NCBI RefSeq assembly: GCF_041146345.1
Contig: NW_027191419.1
Span: 186,001-250,000, forward strand
DNA from: Neodothiora populina
Taxonomy: Eukaryota
Reading direction: 5' to 3'
DNA length: 64,000 bases
A program made the translations under genes and the position numbers. The notes under the pieces are model-generated. The model saw nothing but the letters and a program-made list of their open reading frames with translations. It was not told the origin of the DNA and made no database searches. Below are positions 38,104 through 49,317 of the stretch, in pieces. Within the stretch, counting starts at the first letter, position 1; each line of letters starts with the position of its first letter.

Positions 38104-41100
38104 ATGAACTCCCTTCAACCCCAACATCAACAGCCCGGTGGCCTCATGCAACCGGGCGCTAGTCCTGGCGCTAATCCTGGCGTACCTCCGAGGACTGCCT
38201 GGACCAAGGAATATCTTCAAGGCATCTTTCAGGTACTTACATCATATCCAATCCTCCTTCCCCCCCCCCATCACCTCATCAACATTCACTAAACATGACC
38301 TACCTCACAGCAATATCAACAAGCCAAGCAGGCCGGCGTACCCGAGACCGACGCAGAGCAGCTACAACGGCGAAAGATCATTGCTTTTGCTCAACAACGA
38401 AATGAGGCAGTCAAGCGTCAATTGCAGCAGCGTCAGATGCAGCAGATGCAACAGCAACGCCAACAGCAACAGCAACAACAGCAACAGCAACAACAGCAAC
38501 AGCAACAACAACAACACCCACAACAGCAGCCGCAGCAGCCGCAGCAGCAGCAGCACCAGCAAACGATGATGCAGCACAATGGCCAAATCCCGCGGCCAGA
38601 TCAGTCAAATGGTGCTATCAATCCTGCTGCTGTTTCCGCCCCTGCTGTCACCCATGCTGCCCCAGCACCCACGCAAGACACCCAGAGCCTTCCTGTGCAG
38701 ACTACCCCCGCACCCATCAATGGTCTTGCAAAGCCTGCTCTGCCCGAAGCTGTCTTGAACAAGGACCAAGCAAAGGTGCTGCAGCGACAGCTTCAAGCCT
38801 TCCAGTTCTTGCAGAAGAACATGCCCGTACCCCAGCAGATCAAGGATCAGCTCTTTACCGCACAACAACCGAAGGTATCCGCGCCATTCGAGAAGCTCGA
38901 TGCTTCAACAGGTGCAATCGCAGGAGCTGGAGACAAGTCGGCTGTCGCTGCACTCCCGCAGGCGTCTAAACCTGGTAGCACAGCCGACAAGACGCCCAGA
39001 GGCCATCGTTACCTGACCGTCAAGGACCCTCACGACCACATCATGAACGCCATCCGATATCTCGATCACACTCGCCGCGATAGACGCAACATGATCCCAA
39101 GCATCATGCCGATCGGTCTCGATCCCGAGAAGATCCGTGAAGAGAGGGAGACCATGGTATACAATCGCATCATGGCGCGCAAGGCTCAGCTTGATCAGCT
39201 ACCTGCCAATCTCGGCTCGTGGGACACTGCCAAGTCTGATATTCCCCTAGACGATGGCAAGCTCAAGCTCAAGGCACTTCTAGAGCACAAGATGCTTTCG
39301 CTGCTGCCCAAGCAGCGTGCGCTGAGGGCCAGCATTGGTCGCGAGATGCTGCAGTCGGATACCCTCGCCATGACTGCCAACCGCGGGCAATATCGCCGTG
39401 TCAAGAAGCAGTCTCTCCGCGAGGCGCGCATCACCGAGAAGCTCGAAAAGCAACAGCGCGATGCTCACGAGAGCAAGGAGAAGAGAAAGCATCACGATTT
39501 CCTCAAATCCGTCATCAACCACGGCGAGGACATCAAGAACTCGGCTGCCGGCCAGAAGTCGAGAGTGCAGAAGCTGGGTCGCTTGATGATGCAAGCTCAT
39601 ACCAACATCGAAAAGGAGGAGCAGAAGCGTGTCGAGAGAACGGCGAAGCAACGTCTGCAGGCGCTCAAGGCCAACGACGAGGAGACCTACCTCAAGCTTT
39701 TGGGACAAGCCAAGGACAGCCGTATCTCGCATCTGCTCAAGCAAACCGACGGCTTCTTGAAACAGCTTGCTCGCTCTGTCAAGGCTCAGCAACGCGCCGC
39801 CGGCACCACCTATGGCGATCAGCTGGAAGAAGAGGACGACGATGAGGAGCTCGCAAACACAGACGATGAAGCAGAAGGCGCTAGCGATGGCAAGAAGAAG
39901 CCGGATTACTATGATGTCGCTCACAAAATCAAGGAAGATGTTGTTGGCCAGGCCTCAATATTGGTCGGTGGAACACTCAAGGATTACCAGATCAAGGGTC
40001 TCCAATGGATGCTTTCTCTTTACAACAATAATCTCAACGGTATCTTGGCCGACGAGATGGGTCTGGGAAAGACCATTCAGACCATTTCCCTCATCACCTA
40101 TCTCATCGAGAAGAAGCGACAGCCTGGTCCATATCTCGTCATCGTACCCCTAAGTACTCTCACCAATTGGAACAACGAGTTCGAGAAGTGGGCTCCTTCA
40201 GTCTCGAAGATTGTCTACAAGGGCCCACCGAATCAACGCAAGACGCAACAAAACCAAATTCGATATGGCAACTTCCAAGTGCTGCTGACAACCTACGAAT
40301 TTATCATCAAGGATCGCCCCATTCTCAGCAAGATCAAGTGGTTACACATGATTGTTGACGAAGGTCACCGCATGAAGAACGCTGGCTCGAAGTTGAGTCA
40401 GACCATCTCACAGTACTACCACACGAGATACAGGTTGATCTTGACTGGAACACCACTGCAAAACAGTCTTCCCGAACTGTGGGCTTTGCTGAATTTCGTC
40501 CTCCCCACCATCTTCAAGTCTGTCAAGTCTTTCGACGAGTGGTTCAACACGCCGTTCGCCAATACCGGAGGTCAAGACAAGATGGAGCTGTCCGAAGAAG
40601 AGCAGCTTCTCGTCATTCGTCGTCTGCACAAGGTTCTGAGACCGTTCTTGTTGCGTCGTCTCAAGAAGGACGTCGAGAAGGATCTGCCTGACAAGCTGGA
40701 ACGTGTCATCAAGTGTAACTTCTCAGCCTTGCAAGCTAAGCTTTACAAGCAGCTCGTGAGCCACAACCGGCTCATGGTCAGTGACGGAAAGGGTGGAAAG
40801 ACAGGACTTCGTGGTCTGAGCAACATGCTCATGCAATTGAGAAAGCTCTGCAATCATCCCTTTGTGTTCGAAGAGGTCGAAGATCAGATCAATCCCGGTA
40901 GGGGCAGCAATGACTTGCTCTGGCGTACTGCCGGAAAGTTTGAGCTTCTCGACAGGATCATGCCCAAATTCGCTGCGACGGGCCATCGCATTCTGATGTT
41001 CTTCCAGATGACTCAGATTATGAACATCATGGAGGATTTCTTGCGTCTCCGTGGTGTGCAATACTTGCGACTCGACGGATCTACCAAGGCTGACGATAGA

Positions 41101-42615
41101 TCTGAGCTGCTCAGACTCTTCAACGCCCCTGACTCTCCGTATCAAGTGTTCTTGCTGTCCACCCGTGCCGGTGGTCTTGGACTGAATCTGCAAACTGCCG
41201 ATACCGTCATTATTTACGATTCGGATTGGAACCCTCATCAAGATTTGCAAGCCCAAGATCGTGCCCATCGTATCGGTCAGAAGAACGAAGTCCGCATCTT
41301 GCGTCTCATCTCATCCAATTCCGTCGAAGAGAAGATTCTGGAACGTGCAAATTACAAGCTTGACATGGACGGCAAAGTCATCCAGGCCGGTAAATTCGAT
41401 AACAAATCGACCAACGAGGAGCGTGATGAGATGTTACGTGTCATGTTGGAGTCTGCCGAAGCCGCCGAAGCTCTGGAACAAGACGAGATGGATGATGATG
41501 ATCTCAATCTGATCATGATGCGTAGCGATGCCGAGCTTGAACTCTTCCGACAGATGGATAAGGATCGCAAGAAGAACTCAAAGTACGGACCTGGCTGCAA
41601 GCTGCCCCGTCTTCTCTGCGAGGAAGAGCTTCCGGATATCTACATGACTGACGACAATCCTGTGGTTGACGAGATCGAAGTTGCCTATGGTCGTGGCACC
41701 AGGGAGAGAGCCAAGGTCAAGTACGACGACGGTCTGACCGAAGAGCAGTGGCTCGAAGCTGTGGATAATAGCGACGACGATATCGATGCCGCTGTCGCGA
41801 GAAAACAGGCTCGTATCCAGAGGCGTGCAACGAACAAGGAGAAGCGAAGAGGTGGCGAAGGTGACGAGGACACTCCTCCCCCTCCCCCGGAGCGCTCTCC
41901 GTCCGAATCTCCTCAACCTAAGAAGCGCGGTCGTAAGCCGAAGGCAGAGAAGCGCAAGGCAGAAGAGGAGATTGAGACTCCTGCCCCTCGCAAGCGTGGT
42001 CGTCAAGCCAAGGCTGTAGAGACTCTCACGCCCCAAGAGCGCGAGATCTTGCAGAATGTCTTGGACAAGATACACGATGGGCTACAAGATCTCGAGGAAG
42101 TGTCCAACGATCCCAACCTCGCCAATCGTGGTATCATTGATCCGTTCCTTGAGTTGCCCCCCAAGAACGAATACCCCGACTACTATCAGCTCATCAAGAG
42201 TCCGGTGTCGATGGAGCAGATCGTCAAGAAGATCAACCAGAAACGTTATCAGAATCTCAGACAGTTCAGGGATGATGTATTGTTAATGGTGAAGAACTGT
42301 CAGACTTACAACGAGGATGGATCGGTCCTCTACAACGATGCCACACTCATAAAGGTAAGCGGACTGACTGAAGCCATTGGTTTGTAATAGTCGCTAATTA
42401 TCTTCTCATAGAACACCCTCCTGTCTCTGCTCCAGGAGCAGGTCGATCAGAATCCTGAAATCTCACATCTGCTCTCGGATGAGGCTGGAACCCGTGAAGG
42501 CTCTATCAGACCATCGACTGCTGCCGGCACACCTCAGCCGCGTGTCAGTCTCAAGCTTGGAAGAAGGAGCAGAGGCGGAACCGACAGTAGGGTTCTGAGT
42601 GATGACGATGAGTAG
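38104..42615 (+). CDS. snf21: SWI/SNF-family chromatin remodelling ATPase Snf21/Sth1 (QLQ, HSA, SNF2 helicase, SnAC, bromodomain), 3 exons
   Basis: Motifs GILADEMGLGKT, DEGH, TGTPLQN, STRAGGLGLN, QAQDRAHRIGQ and bromodomain PDYYQLIKSP..NCQTYN. Introns ~38233-38309 and ~42355-42411. Confidence 0.97.
38425..38560 (+). repeat. CAG/CAA polyglutamine tract within snf21
   Basis: Encodes QQRQMQQMQQQR(Q)n..PQQQPQQPQQQQHQQ. Confidence 0.95.
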
Positions 42616-43733
42616 TACCCTTTTCTGTTTGTCCTGCCGATCAGATCAAGCGTCTGTTGAGAGTCCTCCTCAGAACGAAGGTAGTTGACCATCCATCACG
42701 TGTGACGGGACCTGCTTGTTGGTAAAAGAAGCAACGGACAATGACGAATCACGGCATGATATTCCCTCGAGGTGTTGAAGGAAGATAGAAACCAGGGGAA
42801 TTGGAAAACGGCGAACCAAGCAAGCGACTGGCAGCATCTTGTCCTTTTTCTCTTCATTCAATGGCGTTTACATATGTACACTTTACTTCTCGTTTCTTTC
42901 GGCGGCGGACAAGTCCTCACGGGCGCAATATCCACTAGAAATTGGATTGCCCGTTCCAAAGTAGGCGTTTCTCTGTCGAAGAGTGGGGATTGACCACAGG
43001 CGGAAGGATTGTAACCGCGGCGGTTTGCGCTTTCTGCATAGTAAAGAAGGCCAAAACATTAACATCTTCTGCTGTTTCTATACATCTATATGGTAATGCG
43101 GTATGGCAATGATGTTTCGAAGTAAGACCATCATAGGTTCGAGTTCCCTTGCGCTCGCTGTGAAGACGAAGAGAAGTCAAAGTAGGCAAGAACGTCGGTC
43201 CGCTACCAATCAGAGCTTCTGTGATACCTTACAGTAGTTGCAAGGAGCTCAGACCAAGATCGGGACTCCCCGCCATCTTCAAATCACCTGCATAGCGCAA
43301 CAATGTGTTCGAGGATAGTACCTTTGTCCACCAGTGGATTTAGGCAGGTGCTTGTCTCGACTTCGCTAGTTTGTACGAAGAAAAGCAGATCATCGACCCA
43401 TGTCAAACACGGACCAAGAGCGCAAGTCTCAATCTCGAGGGGGTCCACTTCCCTTCGTATATTGCATCCGATGGGAGTCGACCAATCCAATCGAGGGCCT
43501 CAAGCACGAAGCACTCTATTCGGCTCATCTCGTCGCTGGGAAAAGGACCATGTGCGGTTCGTGGGTGGACTGATTAGCTAGCTACCTAGTCACCTAGTCA
43601 GGTGCAATACTGTGCGTCAACGGCACCACTGCAATCTGGAAAAGACGGTGGAGTATGCGATGCATGTATAAGAGGGAGCTTACTTGCTGTTCTAATGACA
43701 GGGAGTTGGGATGACTGCACACACACTTCCACA

Positions 43734-45041
43734 ATGGCTCCCTTAATCGTCACCTCCCTCGTTCTTCTAGCTTCCATCCATTCCTCAAATGCAGTCCCTA
43801 CAAGTCACAGGCGAGCGACCACCGCCAGTAGCATCCCCGACTACGCGCTCACCTATGCCCCTCATGTATACATCTCTGGCACCGAACAATGGTTTCCGTC
43901 AGACATAGCCACACACGTCGAACACGTGTCGATGGAATACGACTATGTCAATGTTTCCACATCCGTGACTCTCGAGACTCTGACTACGTACAACTCTTCG
44001 ATCTACATGACATCCGTGGACAACGTAGAAGATGATCCCGAGTGGTTGCTCGCGACTTATGGTAAACCTGACGCAGACACGGGGTATAGTGCCGCTCCTG
44101 GAACCATCATTGCTGTTCAGAAGACTGTTGATGGCGAGGAGGTTGTCGATGTGTTTTACTTTTTCTTTTACTCTTATAATCATGGCACCAAGTATGGAAT
44201 TTTCCCCCTTACACATTCGAGGTGATGGTCTTAATAGTCATATACTGACCGAGTGGCTCTTTCGCGTCACAGGGTGCTGGGAACGATGATTGATAATCAT
44301 GTTGGTGATTGGGAACATGCTATGGTATGTGTCTTCTGAGCGTCATTGTGTTTGTGTGAGACCATACTTGCTTCTGTGAATGACTGACAAGCAAGCAAAG
44401 ATACGCTTTTCCAATGGCGAACCTCAAAACGTCTACCTTTCTGCCCACACCAGTGGCGCGGCTTACGCTTACTCGGCCATGACTTTGGAGGGTGTTCGTC
44501 CAGTGACCTACTCTGCTGTGGGCACCCATGCCAGTACAGACTCCCTACCTCATCCGCCCTGAATATGCTTCGATACTAACAAATTATGGCGAGCAATAGA
44601 CTATGCAACTTCAGGATCCCACAGCATCTACTCGATCTTAGGTAACTTGGTCACAGACACCACGAGCGCAGGGTACTACTGGGACATCACGCAGAACTAC
44701 CGAGGATACTGGTTCGATGACTCGACTTCGACGTTCACATCAGTAGGGGGTGTCGGTATCGGAGCGTCAGAAGAAGTGGGAGAAGGGGTGGATTGGCTGA
44801 GTTGGCTGGGGTTCTGGGGCGATGAAGAGTATCCCCGGAGTGACTCGAGACAGGACTGTGTCCTTGATGTGAGTTTTCTCTCTCTCTTACTCCTGACATA
44901 CGACGACGGTCTAATACGTGCTTACAGCTGGACGAGCTGTGTCACTACGAGAGCGGCCCTACAGGTCCATTGGGCAAGAATCTGGGTAGGTCGACGCCGT
45001 GTGAAAGTAACGATGACTGCGACATCAAGACTTCTCTATGA
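43734..45041 (+). CDS. Secreted Vps62-like protein, 5 exons
   Basis: Signal peptide MAPLIVTSLVLLAS. Motifs IPDYALTYAP, VDVFYFFFYSYN, NHVGDWEHAM|IRF, YSAVGTHA|NYA, WLGFWGD and SGPTGPLGKNLGR. Confidence 0.88.
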
Positions 45042-45162
45042 GTTCGTAGGCTTTTGTGGCAGACTTGAAAAAAAGGGCGGAATGGCGACAAGTCTATGTT
45101 CTATCAATGCAGTGTAAACAATGTCATATAGCAAAACGACGTATCTATTGGAGGAAATGCTA

Positions 45163-45945
45163 TCAACAAGCATGCCTAGCGCCCTCAGCAGACTGAATGC
45201 CCTCATGATCCACGGTCCCCATATCCAGCTCCTCCCACTCCTTACCCCTGGGCATCCCCAAGTGAAACCTCCCCGTAACCGCCCACTCTATCTCCAATTC
45301 CTCATCTTCAGCAGCCTCAAAATCAACCACATGCCCTCCCTCGACCCTCCCCTTCCCATCCCCATCAGCATCAAGCGCGACGAAATGACAATGCACCCCA
45401 GCAACACTGATTCCCTGCGACCACTCGGGGCTCACGATGCCAAAGATCTCGCCCTTGGTCTTCTTCTCAATAGACCACTGCTTAGCATTCTTCGCCACCT
45501 CTCTGAGCCCCTGACCGGGGAAACGCTGCGGGGCCACAGTCCTAAGATCGAGTCTGTCAAAGGCTCCGCGCACCACAAACGGCACAAACGAGTTCCTACC
45601 ACCCGCCTTCCCATCCGCGCCGCCATCGAGCAAAACCTCTAACAACTGCTCCCTCGTGACCTTGCGGCCCTTGATCGTCTTGCGAAACTCGGCCTCGAAA
45701 TTCGTCACCTGCACAAACGGCAGTTCGACATCCGGGTCCGCGAGCTGAGTGCCCCCGTCGGCCTTGAATTGCCATGCGCGGCCGTGGAGGAACAGCAGCT
45801 CGCCGTCCATGGACGTGAAGGTGCCGATGCCGTGCGTGCCGTAGTTGGGCAGTTGGCGTGGCGTCGGGCCGTGGGTTGCTAGGCCTTGGATCAGCGCGTT
45901 CACGGTGCTGAATTGGAAGATGTCGTTGGGCACGTGGGCGACCAT
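45163..45945 (-). CDS. alsD: Alpha-acetolactate decarboxylase (intronless, ~260 aa)
   Basis: FQFST..AL..G, GTHGIGTF..MDGEL and PFVQVT motifs, plus the Zn-binding GVHCHF..GGHV of the AlsD/BudA family. ATG at 45945 is preferred over the upstream alternative start in the ORF track. Confidence 0.92.
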   Translation of the reverse strand: MVAHVPNDIFQFSTVNALIQGLATHGPTPRQLPNYGTHGIGTFTSMDGELLFLHGRAWQFKADGGTQLADPDVELPFVQVTNFEAEFRKTIKGRKVTREQLLEVLLDGGADGKAGGRNSFVPFVVRGAFDRLDLRTVAPQRFPGQGLREVAKNAKQWSIEKKTKGEIFGIVSPEWSQGISVAGVHCHFVALDADGDGKGRVEGGHVVDFEAAEDEELEIEWAVTGRFHLGMPRGKEWEELDMGTVDHEGIQSAEGARHAC

Positions 45946-46855
45946 TTTTGCGATCTGTTTTTCTTTTCGGTTTTGCTCTTTGTTTTCTTGATGGGGGTGG
46001 GCGTGGTGTGGTAGGGAAGAGAGGAGCGGGTTTGATATGAGATGGATGGGGTTGGGAAGAAGAAGTGCATACGCTCGCGGACGGCAATTAATATCTAAGC
46101 AGCTGCGCAGCAAGCAGTCTGGTGAGGATTCGGCCCCACCGGTCGTTCGGACGCTTCTCGTGAGATCATATTATTCACGCTTTTTATCTCACATTGTATA
46201 TCGATTTTGACTGGACACTCTTGGGTGGCTAGTGCTTGATTACTACTTCTAGATACATACATGAATCTATCACTTGATTTTTGAATACTGTGGCCTATAA
46301 TGATGCGGTATATGTGGTTGTCCATTTCACGGGCGGTACGAGCATGATGTCAGATGCTAAACAAGCCGCGGAACGGATCCGCGGTACCTTATCTCGAGTC
46401 GTTATCATGCAGCACTTAGGCTGGTCTTAACATCATTTTGTGGATGTACCTAATAACCATAAATTATAACTGAATTTCAACTCGTCATTCAGGGAAGTGT
46501 AATGATATTGATTCTAGGACAAGGCAAGCACGACAGCATATCTACTTCAAAGAAGATGGCACGGATTAGGATCTCAAAAGGCAAAGAGTTGGTAAAATGA
46601 ATATAAAATTTGGGGTATTTGTCGGCTCCTCCTAGTACAAATGATGTTCATGTTGGGTCGATGAGCAAGACCTCTTTCAACAACAAAACAAATTTCCAGC
46701 GAGCCGTCTTCCAGCGACAGTAAAAATGGACCCGCCATTCCAGTCAAGTCTTCTTCTAGTCCATTATGATTGTCTGTCTTCTTCAAAAGCAGCACCAATC
46801 ATAACGTGATGGTGGGATCAATAGTAGGACTGATAGTCACACCCCCTGTTCCGGT

Positions 46856-47341
46856 TTAGACTGTCCTTAGTATTAATATTTCTGCCCTACGAAAAAACAA
46901 TGCACGCTCCATTGCGGATATCGCAGTCAAGGCTTACCAAGGTTGAGACCGCTGATGGTGCCAGAGTTGCCAGTGTTTCTGCAGAATGTGTAAGTGGATT
47001 GTTATAGGAAGGAAAAGCGTGTCTCGAGAATACATACCCGTTGCCGGCCTCGTTACCGTTTCCTGCTGCGTCGCCATTGCCAGCAGCGTTGCCGTTTCTT
47101 TATGTCAAAAGTCAGCTTCCATTTCCCGCGTCGACCATGATCCACGAAATGCTTACCCGCTCTTGTTGCCAACGTCGTTACCAAGGTCACTCACGGTGCC
47201 CTCTAGGGAGGAAGTAGCGGAGGAAGCGGCACCACCGACTCCACTGAGGAGTCCGCTCACAGCGTCTTGAGGGACAGGGGCGGGCAGAGCAGCTGCGGAG
47301 AGCGCAAGGCAGAGAGTAGCGAGGACGGTCTTAGCGAGCAT
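46856..47341 (-). CDS. Small secreted Gly/Asn-repeat protein (~95 aa), 3-4 exons
   Basis: Signal peptide MLAKTVLATLCLALSAAA-LPAP. Introns GTAAGC..AAG (~47156-47098) and GTATGT..CAG (~47037-46979) keep the frame. It ends either at TGA 46927 or, via a third intron, at TAA 46856. A TATAAA box lies on the minus strand at ~47464-47469. Confidence 0.8.
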
Positions 47342-49317
47342 TTTAGCGGTGGTTTTGGATTGGAAGTGAATGTGTAAAGATCGACTTTGTTGAGAATAGT
47401 GATTGAGAAGATGAGAGATGAACGAGAATGATTTGAGATGATGACAGAGACGACGAGTCCGTCTTTATACACTTCTTCTCTACAGCCTTGTGCCCAAAGC
47501 AGTGACCAGAGATTGAGAGTGGTGACCTACGGTAAAGTGATGATTGACATGGTTATCCAACCACGAAAGTGTTTCTACCACATGAAGTCAGAGGTATGCC
47601 GATCACAACGTACAAGCTTCATTCATCCGTCGAGGATCTTGGGTACTGCTATCTCGATGTTGGTCAATGGCGTTGAACAACTGGAGCGAGCACTCCACAA
47701 CGCAGAGTCCACACATGCCATTGGACAAGTATGAGATCGAGCATCGCAGAAGTTCGGACTCACTTGTGGCGCTCGGCAATCGAGCTGACTCGGAGTGTAA
47801 TCCAGCGGCAGAGAAATGGCCATGCGATTGCCTTATTCAGTAAGAGACCACCAAGGACGGCTCATCGCTTGTTTGGCTTTGGAAAACCAAATGCTTAATG
47901 AGCTTCGCAAAAAGGCAAGATGTACAATTGACAGCCTTGTGATGAACTCAAGCGAATACAATTTCTGTCAATCCAACGTAGACCGCAAGCCCTTTGCACC
48001 CCATGGGCGACATCAAGGTTGCATTGTGCAGGTACTGTATATGCACGAGGAATTGTCCGATCGGGATAGGATCAAAGTTAAAGATTGGCGGATGCTGCGG
48101 TTTCAACTTGGAGTAGAGATCGACAGGCACTACGAACCTCAATCTCCCATAGTGCAATATGGCACAATTTGTAGCCCTGAATCAGGAGCGTCAGTAGAGG
48201 TACGGCCGCGCTGCATGCATCTGCTCATGCCGTGTGGTTATCTTAGTGACACTTCGAATGCTTATATCATCGTTAAATGCGAATTTCTTACGAACGAAGG
48301 CACCATGAATCAGTGGCTTGAGTGGCTTGCGGAGTGCGGCAATACGCCACACCCTAAGATGCCTCACTCCCGGCCCTACGTCAGGCACGTCTTCACTTGG
48401 TACCTAAGGTACCTATACATTCGAATTAAAGAATCCATGAGTGTAGATATAGCGATGAGCATGAGAGATACTGACCTTCTGTAATATGATTGCGATGGTA
48501 TGATGGTCATACAGCTCCTGTACTCCTGTACATCAAGAGATGCAGGCACTATACATGATATCAGTGCCGAGGTGCTTCATTCGACGATCCTAGATCTGCG
48601 GCAGGAGTCCCCACCGATCGTGCAAAGGAGAAGCGGTACCATACCCGGCATATCTCTAATTAAACCCACTTCTCAAATGGGAAAGCCTCGTTCGAAAGCA
48701 TATGCGTCGTATATTCAAGACGTACGCCTCCCATACACCGTCATCCGATGTGACGGTGACTAGGCTAACATGACGGTCGAGCAGGACAGGAGAAATCAAC
48801 CTGAGAAAGCCGCCTGATACAGTCTGCTAGGTAGTCCACTTCGGAGCTTATCCAAGCCACGACCTGCGAGAATGCTCTGTCATTTTTAAATCCACCAATC
48901 GTCCTTCGAGGCCAGTACTACATGACATGTCAAGGCATTGTGTGCGTTAAGGGGACCCAAGCGACTTTTGATTCCTTCGTAACCTTCTCCGAGTGACCTA
49001 CCTTTAGCAACAATGACCAAACACCCATGTATCATGAGAGCTTCATCGCTTTCAGTGTAGCAAGCACTGAAGCACTAGCTTGAAGCGTATCTTTATGGTC
49101 ACTGATATGCCAAAATGTATCAATCATGAGCAACGATGCCTAGTTGGCGGAACAGCAATGGTCAGTATGAATATATATACGTATATTCATGTGTTCTGTC
49201 GACCAAGGGGTAATTAGAGCAGGGAACGCCAACAAGATCAATAACGAGCAGGAAAGCAAAGCTGTGAACATCAATCGTAACCAGAAACGTCGAGTAAGCG
49301 CAAGTCGAAGGCTGAAT

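Noticed and set aside
43130..43155. GGTTCGAGTTCCC, T-loop-like motif
   Set aside because: No paired T-arm and no upstream D or anticodon arms.
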